This document shows positions 40,549 to 53,532 of a stretch of DNA of 64,000 nucleotides, piece by piece. Position 1 is the first letter of the stretch, and each line of letters begins with the position of its first letter. A program made the position numbers and the translations under genes. The notes beneath the pieces were generated by a model. That model made no database searches and was not told where the DNA came from. It saw only the letters and a list, made by a program, of their open reading frames with translations. The stretch is from Camelus ferus (taxonomy: Eukaryota). The stretch is from contig NC_045697.1 in the NCBI RefSeq assembly GCF_009834535.1, forward strand, positions 64,172,001-64,236,000. Reading direction: 5' to 3'.

Positions 40549-41613
40549 GTCTGCATCCTTGCTTTGCATCTAGAACCTTCATTATGACAGTGTTCTGAAT
40601 TCAAACATTTTGAGAGTTGCTGAGAAGAATTAGTTTGTAAAGGAGTGTTTAAATTTAATGAAACTGAATGTTGAGGGTATATAAATATTTATTTCATTAA
40701 ATGACAAGGTTGGCAATTTAAAGCTTCCTATTGTAAAGCATTCCTTCTAGACTGAGGAAAACAATGTTAACTCTCATATTTTTCCTCCTTGTACAGACAT
40801 AAGATTCTGAAACATTATTATTTAATAGAAAACAATGAACTAGGCAAGACTTTTATGTGAAAGGTTGTAATTGTCTCAATGGATGGTAGCTCTAGTTCAT
40901 GGCCATAGAGAAAACTGTGAGCTTATCAGTTATTATAAGAAAGGAAAATAGCAAGGGAATGGCACTATGTGAAACACTAAAAACATGTTACATCAAATGA
41001 TTTGAAGATAAAAGAAAATATTCTATGGAGTCCAATAAGCACAATGGAGTAAAATTGAGATTGATTTTATCAATTGCTAAAATGAAATTTACTTTTGCCC
41101 TCTCTAATCAACTGGCTTTAAGTGTGGGTAATGAAAGACACACCCAAACAAGACCAGTCCTTACTTGGGCACCACTTTTTCAAGGAGGAGTCTTAACAAT
41201 ACCCACTCAGGATTGGTCACTTAAATACAGCTGTCACCTCTTTACAGATTGTTTAATTCTCTCAGTTACCGTCAAATAGGAAGTTATCACTGCACAATTT
41301 CTTTGTTTTTTTTTTTCTGTAAAACTACATCATAAGAAGTTAAGTCCTCTGACCCAATTAGTTTTTTTTATTTTGATCACAATAAAATAAGCTGTCATTT
41401 TTATTGTATATAAAACAATTTAGAAGTTGTCTCCCGTTGTATACAAAAATCTCCATTTTTAATGGTTCATTTCAGAGCCTTCCCTATCAATTACTATGAG
41501 GGATAGTTCTTATGCTCCTTTTACACATGGTCTAGACTGAAGGAAGACGTAAGTTGCCTGCTTTATGATTCCTTTTCCATGATCCCCAACTTGATTCCTA
41601 TTTGACATTGTAG

Positions 41614-41675
41614 GGGGATGGCAATTTCCATGGGTACAGTATCTCTGGGTCTTATCTTTCAAGCCCTATGGAAAT
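41614..41675 (+). pseudogene. Candidate exon
   Basis: Acceptor tttgacattgtag and donor GTAAAA, followed by a 97-nt intron. Phase 1 to 0, GWQFPWVQYLWVLSFKPYGN (alternative frame GMAISMGTVSLGLIFQALWK). Confidence 0.4.
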
Positions 41676-41772
41676 GTAAAAAGAGAAAACATGAAACTCA
41701 AAGGTCATAGGAAGAAAATGGAATAGCTCTGCTTAGTATCCATTATAATGACTTTTCTCCTTTCTGTCAAAG

Positions 41773-41872
41773 GTCTACTCCATATTATGGTGGACCAACT
41801 GTGATTTTCATGGTTCCATATCATTCTTTACTATTGTTAATGATTCTTATCTTGAGGGGTAGATTGCAGCAG
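41773..41872 (+). pseudogene. Candidate exon
   Basis: Acceptor ttttctcctttctgtcaaag and donor CAG|GTAGTG. Reads VYSILWWTNCDFHGSISFFTIVNDSYLEG*IAA, where the TAG plausibly derives from TGG. Confidence 0.5.
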
Positions 41873-42898
41873 GTAGTGTGAGCTCTGAACTCATCCTACT
41901 GATCGGAGTGTGTGATCAAGTAATTATTATTTATGGCACCATTTGAAAATGTGCCCAAACCTAGACAATAGCAACTTATCTTGAGTAAAATAGGGGCATT
42001 TTTGTTTGCATCCTGACACAGTTGAGATTTCTATCTAATCTATAATACAATATATACCCTATGATAGCTGTATATGGATTATAAATAAATTAAAATTTTA
42101 GAATAAATTTATTCAAGAAAGTTTGCATGATTTTTGATGAGGAATGTTACACACTAAGAAACTAATGCCAATTATTTAAAACACACACAAATATATAAAT
42201 AGAGTGGTGAGCAGTAGCACTGAAACTCAAAGCAGAACAGATCAAATTTGAGACTATGCAAATGTCTTTCTTGAACTAATAGTAGTACACATAATCATTC
42301 CAATATGTAATGTGTTTAGGCTAGGGGAATAGGAAAAAAGAGAAAAGAGGTAAATCAAAGAAATCTCTTCAATGAGAACTGAGCTTAATTTCATCATGTA
42401 TAAAATTGGAGATACTGAACTAGATATTTGTCATGGGTCCTGTCATATCTAAAATTCCGTGAGTTTTTTTTTTTTAATTTGTGTCTGCGTGGCTCTTGCA
42501 TGTTATGAAAAACAATCCCTTTATATTGCACACTCTATATTCATAGAGTGAATGAATATAAAGTCTGGTTGACATCAAGTTGAAGGAAAAGCTCCATAAA
42601 GTATCTTTATAAAACGGGGTATTTGATCAACCTAATAGACTCTGGTTATGCTGTTATTTTTTACCTCTAAATCATATCTGGAAAAGGTCACAATTAAATC
42701 TTTGATCTCCTTTTCTTAATGCTAACTTTTGTAAATTCAGAACAAGATAGAAAATGCCATATTTTTTCCTATGACTCATATATTAACCAGAACTACTAGA
42801 ATTTCTATAAGGAATTATAAGTAACTCAGAAATTCTTTCCAGGTAGTTTAATTTTAGTGAATAAATAGATCAAATCTATTTCCTCCGTTTGCTGACAG

Positions 42899-43029
42899 AG
42901 TTGTTAGCAGAATTTGCAGTGAATGAAAATTACTGCTGTGCTATCTGGAATTAGTACAATTTCTAGGAAGCTTCAAAAATTCTGGGCAGCATATGTGAAT
43001 TTGAGGAGAATTTCAATTTCTTGATGCTG
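42899..43029 (+). pseudogene. Candidate exon (C-type-lectin-like C-terminus)
   Basis: Acceptor tttcctccgtttgctgacag and donor CTG|GTGAAC. Reads ELLAEFAVNENYCCAIWN*YNF*EASKILGSICEFEENF, and ICEF matches the terminal CTL motif. Confidence 0.5.
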
Positions 43030-43713
43030 GTGAACTCTTATCCAGCTTTCTCTATAATCTCCGATCTATAAACTCCCAGGTCCAAGTGATTAGAGGATGT
43101 GAAATTGAACACAGCCTTTAGCACTTCTGTTATATTGGAAATTTCTTCTCCACTAATATCCAGTCATACCCCAAATGTGGAAGATTTCTACAACCTCATG
43201 AAAATCATAAAAAAAAATAGGTTCTGAGTTCAAACTACATTTCATTGCTATTTAAGTATCCAATGATTCTATGACAGAATATGCACATACTGAATTATAT
43301 ATTCATCACTGAATTAGGAAAAATATTTTTGATGCAGGATTTATTTCTTCTTTGATTTAAACTTTATTTTTATATAAATAAACATCTGAGTATTATGACT
43401 AGGTATCAGAGCATTTGTAATTCATACACCACAATACTTTTTTTTATTGTTTTCTTCACCAAAAGTGACTGAGAAAAAGAGTTTTGTGTGTGCATGTATA
43501 TGAGTCTATATGTGTACGTGAGTACGTAAATACAAGTACATAAGTAAGAATAAGAGATTGGAGATCATAGATTATTTCAGCATAGCAGCCGTAGGTTTCT
43601 CCATGAGATGGCACTAACAGAATATTACTTCATTTTATTTTTTAATGTAGAGAAATTTATCATTTTATGCAGCCTATAGGACTGACATTTACTTAGATTT
43701 TTTTTTACACCAG

Positions 43714-43922
43714 TGAATTCACCTTTCCTCCTATAACTGTTGGAACGCTACATTGGTATGTCATCAGGGTCGTTTTCAAGGTACCATGGTCAATATCATG
43801 CTCTTGTTCCCTTAGGCAACAATTCTCAGATTTAGGCATTGTGGGCTACATTGAGCCACACGCAATCCAGTGGAATTCAGAAGGTCTGGAAGTTGAAAGA
43901 TCTGCGTGTATGATGAAAATGA
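43714..43922 (+). pseudogene. Candidate exon (SUEL/galactose-binding lectin-like, first part)
   Basis: Acceptor tttttttacaccag and donor GTATGA. The chained frame reads *IHLSSYNCWNATLVCHQGR...RHCGLH...KICVYDEN. An alternative frame has ISCSCS...IQWNSEGLEV. Confidence 0.5.
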
Positions 43923-44730
43923 GTATGATTTTTTATTAAAGGGAGGTGTAAAATCTTGAGGACAGAGAATGTGAACTTGCAAAAGGAGTTAAGCTGTATT
44001 TGTTTTACAAAAGCAAAATAAACATTAAGCCATTGTCCTATGAACAGCCATGTTTAAAGGCAGAACATTTTTTTTAAATGGTTATAGTAAAACTAGGAAT
44101 TATTTAATACTAAAAATAAATGAAAATAATTTTCCTAATCAATCCACCATGTAAACCATCACTGGAGTAATATATTGAATAAATATTTTGATCTTGATCT
44201 AAGTCCTTATTATACAGAGATAGCTGAAAGATCTACTATCTTTTGGGTTATTTCTATGGTATCAAATGTAGAAGTTATGTTCTACTATCAATAGTGAATG
44301 ACATAATTGTGATAATTGAGGCAGTAATACATTTCCAAATGAATTTGGCATCTCACTAATTAAAATAGGGAAAAATAAATTCTTAATGTTAGGTGATATG
44401 TCTATATCCAAAAGCTAGTAATCACTTCTGTTTTTGGCAGTAAACGGGCAACAGAAACCAGATTAATCTTACTATCTTAAACAAGTTAAAAAATGGACAA
44501 AATTGATAAAACAATGTTTTTCAAATTTGGGGCAACAAAATTAATCTCTGCAAGAACATAAGCAAATGAGATGAGTCATAGCTTGTTGCCTAGAGAGTCT
44601 CCAGGCAGCAGTGCAGGGAGGGGGAATCAACAAATTGTGGCAATCTCCCTAATTGCAGAAACAGAGTTTGGAGTTGGGGGGACCTAAGCAGGTGAAATTC
44701 ACAGGGCAGAGTACTGCAGAAGAGAGAGTT

Positions 44731-44752
44731 GCACACACAGGCACATGTGCGT

Positions 44753-44782
<30 letters not shown>
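44731..44782. repeat. (CA)n microsatellite
   Basis: Direct observation. Confidence 0.95.
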
Positions 44783-44785
<3 letters not shown>

Positions 44786-45884
44786 TCAAAGAACCATAGA
44801 GGATCTCCCTCAAGCCTTCAGCTGAATTCTGTGATCAGAACTGTGTGTTCATGTGGGAAAATTCCCACATATAAATGTTAAAACCAATGACTTAATTGTC
44901 TAATTTCAGAAATTAGAATAAGAAAAGCAAATTTAAAACAAAGTATGCAGAAGAAAATTAATAAGAGATAAGAGCAGGAATTAGGAAAAGAAATAACACA
45001 GAAACAGTAGAAAAAAATAAATGCAAGCAAAGCTAGTTCTTGGAATGATCATAGTGATCATTCTCTAGCCACACTGACCAAGAGAAAACAAAATTTACCA
45101 GTAACAAGAAAGAGAGAAGGGACACAAATGAACATCCTATATTTTACAGATATTGAGAGTTTAATTAGGAAATATTATTTAAAAGTTCAAGATAATAAAT
45201 TCAACATTACCATACAAGAAGCAATATGTGAAATGAGTAGCCCTACATCCACCGAAGAACTTACTTGTAGTTAAACATTTGTCTTTGATGAAAGTGTCAA
45301 TTCCTGATGGTTTCATAATTAACTTATTCAAAAATTTACTGGAGAAATATTATCAATTCTGCACATAATTTCATTCTGTGAGGCAAACATTTCCCTGATG
45401 CTAAAACCAAAAAAGACCTTCCAAGGTAACTTCAGACAAGTATCTCTCATGAACACAGACATAAAAGTTCTTAACAAATTTTAATAAGTTGAATCTAATA
45501 GTATATGAAAATGATAAAACATCAAGACTTTGTGGTATATTTACCCCAAAGAATTCAAAGCTGAAGTAACAATTGAAAATTAAGATAACTTAATATGTTG
45601 AAAATGTTTTAAAGTATGACTGTCCTAACCAGAGCAATAAGGGGTGGTGGGAGGCAAAGTGCAATCAGATGGCAGAAGAAGTACCAGTACCTCTAATCAC
45701 AGAAACATGATTATCTATATAGAAAATCCTCAGGAATCTACGTAAAGATTCTAGAACTAATGATTGAGTTTAGCAAGTTTACTGGGTAAAAATCAACATA
45801 TAATAATTTATTCTATTTATTGATACTAGCAATGATCAGCTAGAAATAATATTTTAATTAATAGCAGCTATAATAGCATTAAAA

Positions 45885-46558
45885 TACATGTGTATGTATC
45901 TTTTTGAATTAATTTTTATTTTGTTGTTTGGCTTTCTTCCTTTGATAACTATGTAAGTTTAAAAAGCTAAAGCTCTAAACATTCTCAGAAACAATGAACA
46001 GTACATACATGTAAATTAAAAAATATATGTGCGGTGAAAAAAAAAAAGAGCTATCAAGCCATGAAAGACACAGAAAAAACTTAAAAGACATAGTCCTAAA
46101 TTAAAGAAGCCAGTCTGAAGAAGCTAAAAATTGTACAATTATAACCAAATGACATTCTGGAAAAGGTACAGCTACAGAAACAATAAAAAGATCATGGTTT
46201 CCAGGGGTTTGGGGAGAGGGATGAATAGATGGAGGGATTTTTAGGGCAATGAAATTATTGTGTATGATATTATAGTGATGGCTACATGTCATTATGCATT
46301 TGTAAAAGCCCATAGAATGTACAACATCAAGAGTGAACCCTAATGTAAACTATGGACATAGTTTGGTTGATAATAATGTGCCCATGTTGATTCATCAATT
46401 GTACCAAATATGCCACACTGATGAGGGAAGCTGAGGTAGGGGAGTATATATGTGTGGGTGGGGAGGGCTATGTGGGAACTCTGTATTTTCTGCTCAATTC
46501 TGCTGTAAACCTGAAACTGCTCTAAAAAATAAAGTCTATTAAAAAAAGAAAAAGAAAA
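45885..46558 (+). mobile_element. L1MC1-like 3' end inserted into the older L1
   Basis: 13-bp TSD aatagcattaaaa (45872-45884 and 46559-46571), L1MC1-type 3'UTR from ~46045, and an A-tail. Confidence 0.85.
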
Positions 46559-47420
46559 AATAGCATTAAAACATAATACATTAAGAATTTATTTGATAAA
46601 AGAGTAAGTCCAACACATGGAAAATTACATTACTGAGAAAAATTAAAGATCTAAATAAGTGGAAAGATATACTATGTCCATGAATCAGAATAATCAGTAT
46701 TATTAAAATATAAAATTTTCCCTGTATCACTCTATAGAGTCAACACAGTCACTATAAAACTCTCAGCAGATGACTATAGAAATTGATGAGTTTATTCGAT
46801 AGTATACATGGAAATAGAAAGGACCTATGACAGCCAAAGCAGTTGTGGAAAAGAACAAATCTGAAGGACATACACTATTTGATATCAACATATATTAAAA
46901 AGGTTTAGTAGTGCAGACGGGATGCTATTGGTGTACAGAAAGGTATATACACCAATGGGACAAAATGGAGGGTTGGAAATATGCCTATACATACAGAGTC
47001 AATTGAGTTTCAACAAAGATACCACACAGATCAGTGGGAAAGAATAATCTTTTTGACAAGTAATGCTAGAGCAGCTGGATGGCTACACGCACAAATGAAT
47101 AAATGAGTAAATAAATAAACATAAATGCATGCATAAAACAACATGAAGCCATTCCTCACATTACTTACAAAAATTAAATCAAAATGGATCATTGGCCTAA
47201 GCATTAGAGCTAAACCTCTAAAGCTTCTTAAGGAAAAAATATGAAAACAAGAATTTCTAAAGTAGCACAAAAAAAAATAAAAAAGAAAAAAAATCACTAA
47301 ATTTGACTTTAAAAAATTTGAAACCTTCGCCACTAACTTTCTATTAAGAAAATAAAAGGGCAAACCAAACGCTGAGTGAAGTATTACCTTACACCAACAG
47401 AAGATTTGTGTATAGGCTAT

Positions 47421-47948
47421 TGTTGGGCGGCACCCCACAGGCCTGGAAGCCTTGTGGTTGCCCAGCTGCGAGACCTGAGAGAACCCAGAGACAGCAACAG
47501 AAACATCCACAACTTACTGCACAGGGGATCTTACAAGTCAAAAGCAAAAGGTCCTCGAGCGACACCCTGCCTTATGACAGAGGCAGGCAGGACACGGCAG
47601 CAATCTTCACTGCCAGGAGGGGAAGGAGGTAACGGTTATAGGGATTGGCTGGTCAGTTACCAGGGAAACCGGCACAGGAGCACATCCCTTACAGCCCCTT
47701 GGGTTAAAAACTGTCAGGGGGACAGAGGTTTCCCTTAGATAACCTAGCAGGTGGAGCCGTTCTGGGCTAAGTATCATAACAATCACCCCCTGGGGCAGGG
47801 GCCGAGCACGCAGGCAGTTATTGGTTAAGCTGTACGATTCAGAGGGAAGGTCAGTCGTGCGAGTAGGGCGCCGGTGGAGAAGGGCCTGGTGGAGCAGGGG
47901 ATGTACACAGAATAAGAGAACCACCATCTTGGGTGGCCTGATCGTACA
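47421..47948 (-). mobile_element. ERV solo LTR A
   Basis: TG...CA ends, imperfect 5-bp TSD gctat/actac, homologous to LTR B. Confidence 0.8.
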
Positions 47949-48047
47949 ACTACATAAACAATTCTTACAACCTAACATAACATACGATTTCAACAGACAC
48001 TTCACCAAAGAAGCTATATTGATAACAATAAGCATATGGAAGTAAGC

Positions 48048-48546
48048 GGTTGGGCTGTATGCCATAGGCCTGCAAGCCTCATGGTTGCCCAGCTTCGAGA
48101 CTGAAGAGCCTGGAGATGGGGACAGAGACATTAGTGGTTTATTGGATAGGGAACCTTACAGGTCTGAAGTGAAAGTTCCTAGCGCTACACCCCGCTATGC
48201 AGAGCAGAAGGCAAGCAGGACAGAGCACCAATCTTCACTAGTGGGGGAGAAGAAGCCTACCATTTATCGGGGAATCTGACCTCAGTTTGGCTCATCAGTT
48301 TCCAGGGAAACCAACACCTAGGGCAGGACTCTCACAGCCCCTCAGGTTAACAACCATCATGAAGGCAGATGTTTTCCTTTAATAAACTAGTAGGTGCAGC
48401 CGTTCTGGCCTAAGGATGAGAACAATCACTAGCTGGGGCAGGGCACAAACACATTCATGTGCGTAGAGTACAGGTGAAGCAGGGACTGGTGAAGCAAGGG
48501 ATGCACAAAGAGCAAGAAAAGAACTCTTGTGTGGACTGACCGTACA
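48048..48546 (-). mobile_element. ERV solo LTR B (same family as A)
   Basis: TSD taagc/gaagc, minus-strand AATAAA at ~48138-48143, and blocks shared with A (tggttgcccagct, caatcttcact, gccgttctgg, cgtaca end). Confidence 0.8.
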
Positions 48547-48564
48547 GAAGCTAACATCGTTAGT

Positions 48565-49114
48565 TGTGATTTTATTAAATTAACATTTGCCAAACAGAGC
48601 TCCCTGGGATGTTGGATTGTGAGTCCAGGTTCAATAAGACCGCAAGGGAATTGAAATAGAGAAGTTTATTACTCATGGGTCCTGGAGGAAGTACACAGCC
48701 CACTTCAAGAGGCCAGAGCAGGAGGCAAGGCACCATGCAGGCAGAGAGAGCAGCAGGACCCAGGGCACCTGCCTTTATTAGGGTCTGTGGGTAGAGAGCT
48801 TTGGGGATCCCCACTAAGACCAGATTGGTTAATTCAAACCAAAAAGAGCAGCATTGGGTAAGCTTCAGGAAGTCTTATCTAAGAGGTGTACAAGGGGAAG
48901 TCCTTGGAGGTATGGGAGACGGTATCACAATGGCAGTTGTAAAAGTAATGTCAGGAACTTAAAGTACTTGCTTGTGTTTCTACAAGCTGTTGCCTAGGGC
49001 ATGCATTTGCATTAGGGGACTAGAGTCAGTTTAAGGCCTCCACAGGCTCCTTGGTCAAACAAAATGGATGCTAAAGTAGCAATACCTTGAAATAGTTTAG
49101 CTGAACTCTCAACC
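48565..49114 (-). mobile_element. ERV solo LTR C (different family)
   Basis: TG start, TSD ttagt/ctagt, minus-strand AATAAA at ~48665-48670. The host L1 resumes at 49115. Confidence 0.7.
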
Positions 49115-49271
49115 CTAGTCAATAGGGACATGCTAATTAAATGTTTCTTATACCCACTGGAATGACTTAACTAAGAAGTCTGACCATTTAAAGTGTTGAC
49201 AAGCATGTGCAGTATCTGCTACTTTTATCCCTCTTGATGGGAATATAAAATCATACAACAGCGTTGGAGTA

Positions 49272-49719
49272 CAGGCACACCTCAGAGATGCTGCAGGCTG
49301 CATCCCAGACCACCACAATAAAGGGAATATTGCATAAGCAAGTCACACAAGTTTTTTGGTTTTTCAGTGACTACTAAAGTTATATTTATACTATACTATA
49401 ATCTACTAAGTGCGCAATAGCATTATGTCTAAAAAACCAATGTATATATCTTAATTTAAAAATATAAAACTATAAAACAATTACAGTAGTAACATCAAAG
49501 ATCACTGATCATAAACCACCATAACAAATGTAATAATAATGAAAAACTTTGAAATACTGTGAGAATTACCAAAATGTGATGTGAGACATGAAGTGAGCAA
49601 ATGCTGTTGGAAAAATGGTGCCAGTAAACTTGCTCCATGCACACAAACCTCCAATTTGTAAAAAACACAAAATATGTGAAGTGCAATAAAGCAAAGTGCA
49701 ATAAAATAAGGTATGCCTG
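49272..49719 (-). mobile_element. Tigger1-derived non-autonomous MITE (~450 bp)
   Basis: Terminal inverted repeats caggcacacct / aggtatgcctg after a TA. The right half is reverse-complementary to the start of the Tigger1 at 15801. Confidence 0.9.
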
Positions 49720-50389
49720 AACTGTTTGGCAAATTCTTAAAAAGTTAAACATGCAGTCAAGATGTGACCCAGCCATTTCATTCCTAGTTATTTCCCCTAA
49801 AGAGTTGAAAGTGTATATCCATGCAAGTATTTGTACCTTAGTGTTCACAGTAGCTTTGTTTATAATGGTTAAAAAAAACCATGGAAACAACCCAAAATTC
49901 TGTCAATACATGAATGAATAAATAAATGTGGCATATTCATATAATAGAATACTACTCAGAAATTTAAAACTGAAATAAACAGTTAAAACACGTACCAACA
50001 TGAATCAATATCAAAATAATTATTCTATGTGAAAAGAGCCAAACAAAATAAAATACATAATGTATGACTCTATTTATATCTAATTTTTGAAAATGCAAAT
50101 TAATCTGTAGTGACAGAAAGATACCAGTGATTGCCTGGGTAAGATCAAGGAATATACTGCAAAGGGACTTGACCCTTTTGGGGAATGAAAATATCTATCA
50201 TAATTGTGATGAAATATAAATATACATATATATGTGTAAACTCATCAAACATTAAGCTTTAAATATTTGCTTTATTGTACTACAATTATATTTCAATCAA
50301 AGCATAAACATAAGAAAGTAGCATTTATACGACCTTCTCACATTAATTGGTGAAATTCAAGCCACTACTTTTCTTAGCATGACAAAAAC

Positions 50390-50873
50390 TGTCAACTGAA
50401 ATAAATGCGCAGCCTAAAAGTTGAGAGTTATGTTTTATTTGGTGGGAGGACTTGAGCCGGGATAACAGCCTCTCAGATGTCTCTGAGGGACTGCTCCGAA
50501 GAGGTAGGAGAGGGGCTAGGATATGTAGGAGCTTTACCATAAAGACCAGGTAGTTGGAACAATAAAAGATTACTTGTTATCTAAAGAAAACCAGGCACCT
50601 CAAGTTAAAGAATTTAGTGCTTTTCTATGTATGGGAGGAAGCAAACATTTGGGCTCATTGAATTCACTCCTTTGACAAGCACCTAGCTATCTAGGGCCAG
50701 TATCCTGTCCTTTCTTATTCTGAGTCCCCTCAGAGTGCACCATTGTGAGTGGCTGCAGAGGCTGGGCTGCAGGCTTGTCTTCACTGGGGTGGGGGGTGGG
50801 GGCAGCCGCTAATGACTTGATGGTTTCATCATTCTTTGTTTACTGATATGGTTTGCAATATTTTTCGTTCACA
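50390..50873 (-). mobile_element. ERV1-like solo LTR
   Basis: TGT...ACA termini, minus-strand AATAAA at ~50434, retained CpGs. The TSD is poorly preserved. Confidence 0.75.
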
Positions 50874-52278
50874 GAGCCCAGAAAGGATAATTAGGCAAAT
50901 GGAAACGGAAAGTAAATTCAAGATAGCAGGTAGAATCTCCAGAGGTGTTCTATTTGCTCCCTTCTTTAAATTGGTATAAAATATTATTACAATCCCTATT
51001 TCATAACAGAGAGAACTGAGGCCAAATGAGTCATTGACTTGCTTCAGTTGTTCATCCAAGCCTACATGCGTAGAGACAAAAGATAAAACTTTAACCCCTT
51101 TTGACCAATGCCCCCAAGTTATACTTTCCATTAAGCCATGTCACCAGTCACATAAAAAATATTATATTACTAAACTAACATATCACAAAAGAAAGTCTAA
51201 AACAGAAAGCCAATTTGAAGAAACAAACAAGAAACCCTACTAGAAAAACTTACAACTCTGATGTGTGCAAAAACACTTCCATTTGCTCTTTTAAAGTTCT
51301 GATAACAAAAGGGAATCATTTGTTAGATTCAGTAAAGATTTTCCCATTTAACAAAGGAAAAGTCTCTTTTAGTAGGTAACATCTGAATAATACAGGGAGT
51401 ATCTTACAGTAAAGCACTCCAGGAAGAAGCAGCCACATGTGTGAAAGAACTAAGATTCAGAGGTCGAAGTCTGTTTGGCATGTTCTGTAACACGGAGGCT
51501 GGTGTGACCAGAATGAGATGGGTAGTAGGAATTGAAAATGGGTAGGATATGCAGTCAGAGAGGGAAGCTAGCATCTAGATCATGAAAAGTTTGGTAAGAA
51601 TTTGGATTTTTACAGAGAATAAATGCAGTTGGCATTCAAGCAATCTCTGCTCTAAATGTGACTAGAAAACTGATTAACGTAAGAGGACCCACTAACTGCA
51701 AATGGAGAAAGAAACTGTCTTTCCTGAGAAGATGTGACTCCCAGGACTGTGTTCCATTCAAGTCTTAACTACCTCCAAGGTCCAGGATATTATGTTTCAG
51801 ACTGATTGCTGGTGGAAAATATCACCAACAAAAAGGAGATGGCTTTCATCTTCTGACTAGAGTAATGACTATTATTTAACAGTAGGTAATACTTGAAATT
51901 CCAAGGGGCATATCTTAATTACCAGGATTACAGACTTAAGCTCTTGATCACAAATGACAACACACATAGTCTGGAAAGATGTATACTTCTATGTAAAAAA
52001 GGCTTTTGGCAACACCCCAAATTTACTTAATGTCTTCATTACTAATAGTAACAGACATCTTGAAGCAAAGTGCATCAGATAGTTTGCTAAAAAGGATACA
52101 GATGAAAACAATTTGAAAGTGATATAAACAGAGGTACATGTATACATGAAGATGAACTCATGAGTCCCTAAAAAATTAATGTATGTTTGTTATTATATAT
52201 GTGAAATTAACAGATAGCTTGGTGAATTTTTTTTTTTCGTGGCTTTCACAATTACTTCTAAATTTGCTCATGTATTTT

Positions 52279-52391
52279 TAGGGTGACTAACCCTCTCAGT
52301 TTGCCTGGCACTGTCCTGGTTTTAGCACTAAATTTCCAGTGTTCTGGGAAATAATTCACTTTAGTGCAAACCAGGATAGGTGGTCACCCTA
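52279..52391. mobile_element. MER81-like hAT MITE
   Basis: 113 bp with terminal inverted repeats tagggtgac...gtcacccta. Confidence 0.85.
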
Positions 52392-52859
52392 TTTCTAGTA
52401 ATCTTGAAAATGAGTGTGTGCTAGATGGTTATGAATCATCTTTTTCAGTCTTGTTCAAAAATAGCTTATTACAAAATAATATGTAAATTCTCAGTAGTTT
52501 ATGATAAATGGCGCTGGTAAATCCACCACCCGATTAAAACATTTGCAATGATTACTCTCTTTAAAGCTCCCTGTATGCTTCCTGCCACTTTCCCATCCTC
52601 TAGCCTTGCTCAGAACTTATTGCTTTGATGAAAAATGTAATTACTTTTCTGCTTCCTTTTTAGTTTTATGACAAGTGTAAGTATACTTAAAAACAATATA
52701 TTTGAATAGACATTGTTCAGGAACTTCATATAAATAGTATCATATTATACATAATTTTCTGGAACACATTTTTATTATTCAATGTTACATTAAGGACTGT
52801 CATTCACTTTACTATATGATCATTCATGGTTTATTCATTGTTGTCATGGCATAAAAATG

Positions 52860-53100
52860 ATAAGAAAATAATAGCTAGTGTTCATATAATGCTTATTATG
52901 TTTCAGAAACTGTTTTAAGTTCTTTGTGTGTCCAAATTCTTTTATTTCTACAGAAACCATAACTAGTAGAAGCTCTCATTGTCAATATTTTATATGTGAG
53001 AAAACTGAGATATGGAGAATTAAAATAGTTACACAAAAATTAGTAGTAGACCAGGGATTCAAATCTATAAAGCATGACTTCAGAGGCTTCACATTTTACT
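52860..53100 (-). mobile_element. MIR fragment within an old antisense L1 remnant (~52510-53240)
   Basis: MIR core-like ttttatatgtgagaaaactgaga...cagggattcaaatct. Confidence 0.55.
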
Positions 53101-53532
53101 GTATGAATGAATATATTACAGATATATCCATTATCTTCTCAATGAATATTTGAGTGGTTTCACACATTTTTCAAATTACCAACAACAACTACAAACATTC
53201 TTATAACAGTTTTCCTCATTCAAGCAAGTAAAATATTCTGTAATGAAGCTTAATTTTTGAAATGTATGCCCCTTCAGAATGCTCTGAAATCAAGATCGTT
53301 TCTTTATAATTTTTAAAAATTTCACATAGTTTTTTCTTTGAGTTTAATTTTAGTACTTATTTGGCTTTTTTGGAGTGATTATAAAAAGTTGAAAATTTCA
53401 TACAAAAAAGCTACATTAGGTTATTGTAACTAGTTATGCTTTTACCTCTCAAGTATCTCTTTCTATAAACTAAACTTGTTACTATTATTACATAGTAAAA
53501 AGATCGCCTTGGGTCCTCTTCCCACTCCTGAG

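Larger units (their letters stand above)
44425..50300 (+). mobile_element. Old L1 (L1MC/MD/ME-like), fragmented by at least five later insertions
   Basis: Collinear degenerate ORF2 and 3'UTR motifs resume after each insertion. Confidence 0.8.

Noticed and set aside
47031..48279. Overlapping ORFs up to 174 aa, and LTR A plus B as a single provirus
   Set aside because: The ORFs cross LTR/L1 junctions. The LTRs have separate TSDs, are strongly diverged, and are separated by L1 sequence with no gag/pol/env.
51616..51870. Cys-containing open stretch after tttacag
   Set aside because: It has no clear donor, is adjacent to an L2-like remnant, and would interrupt the SUEL-like junction.
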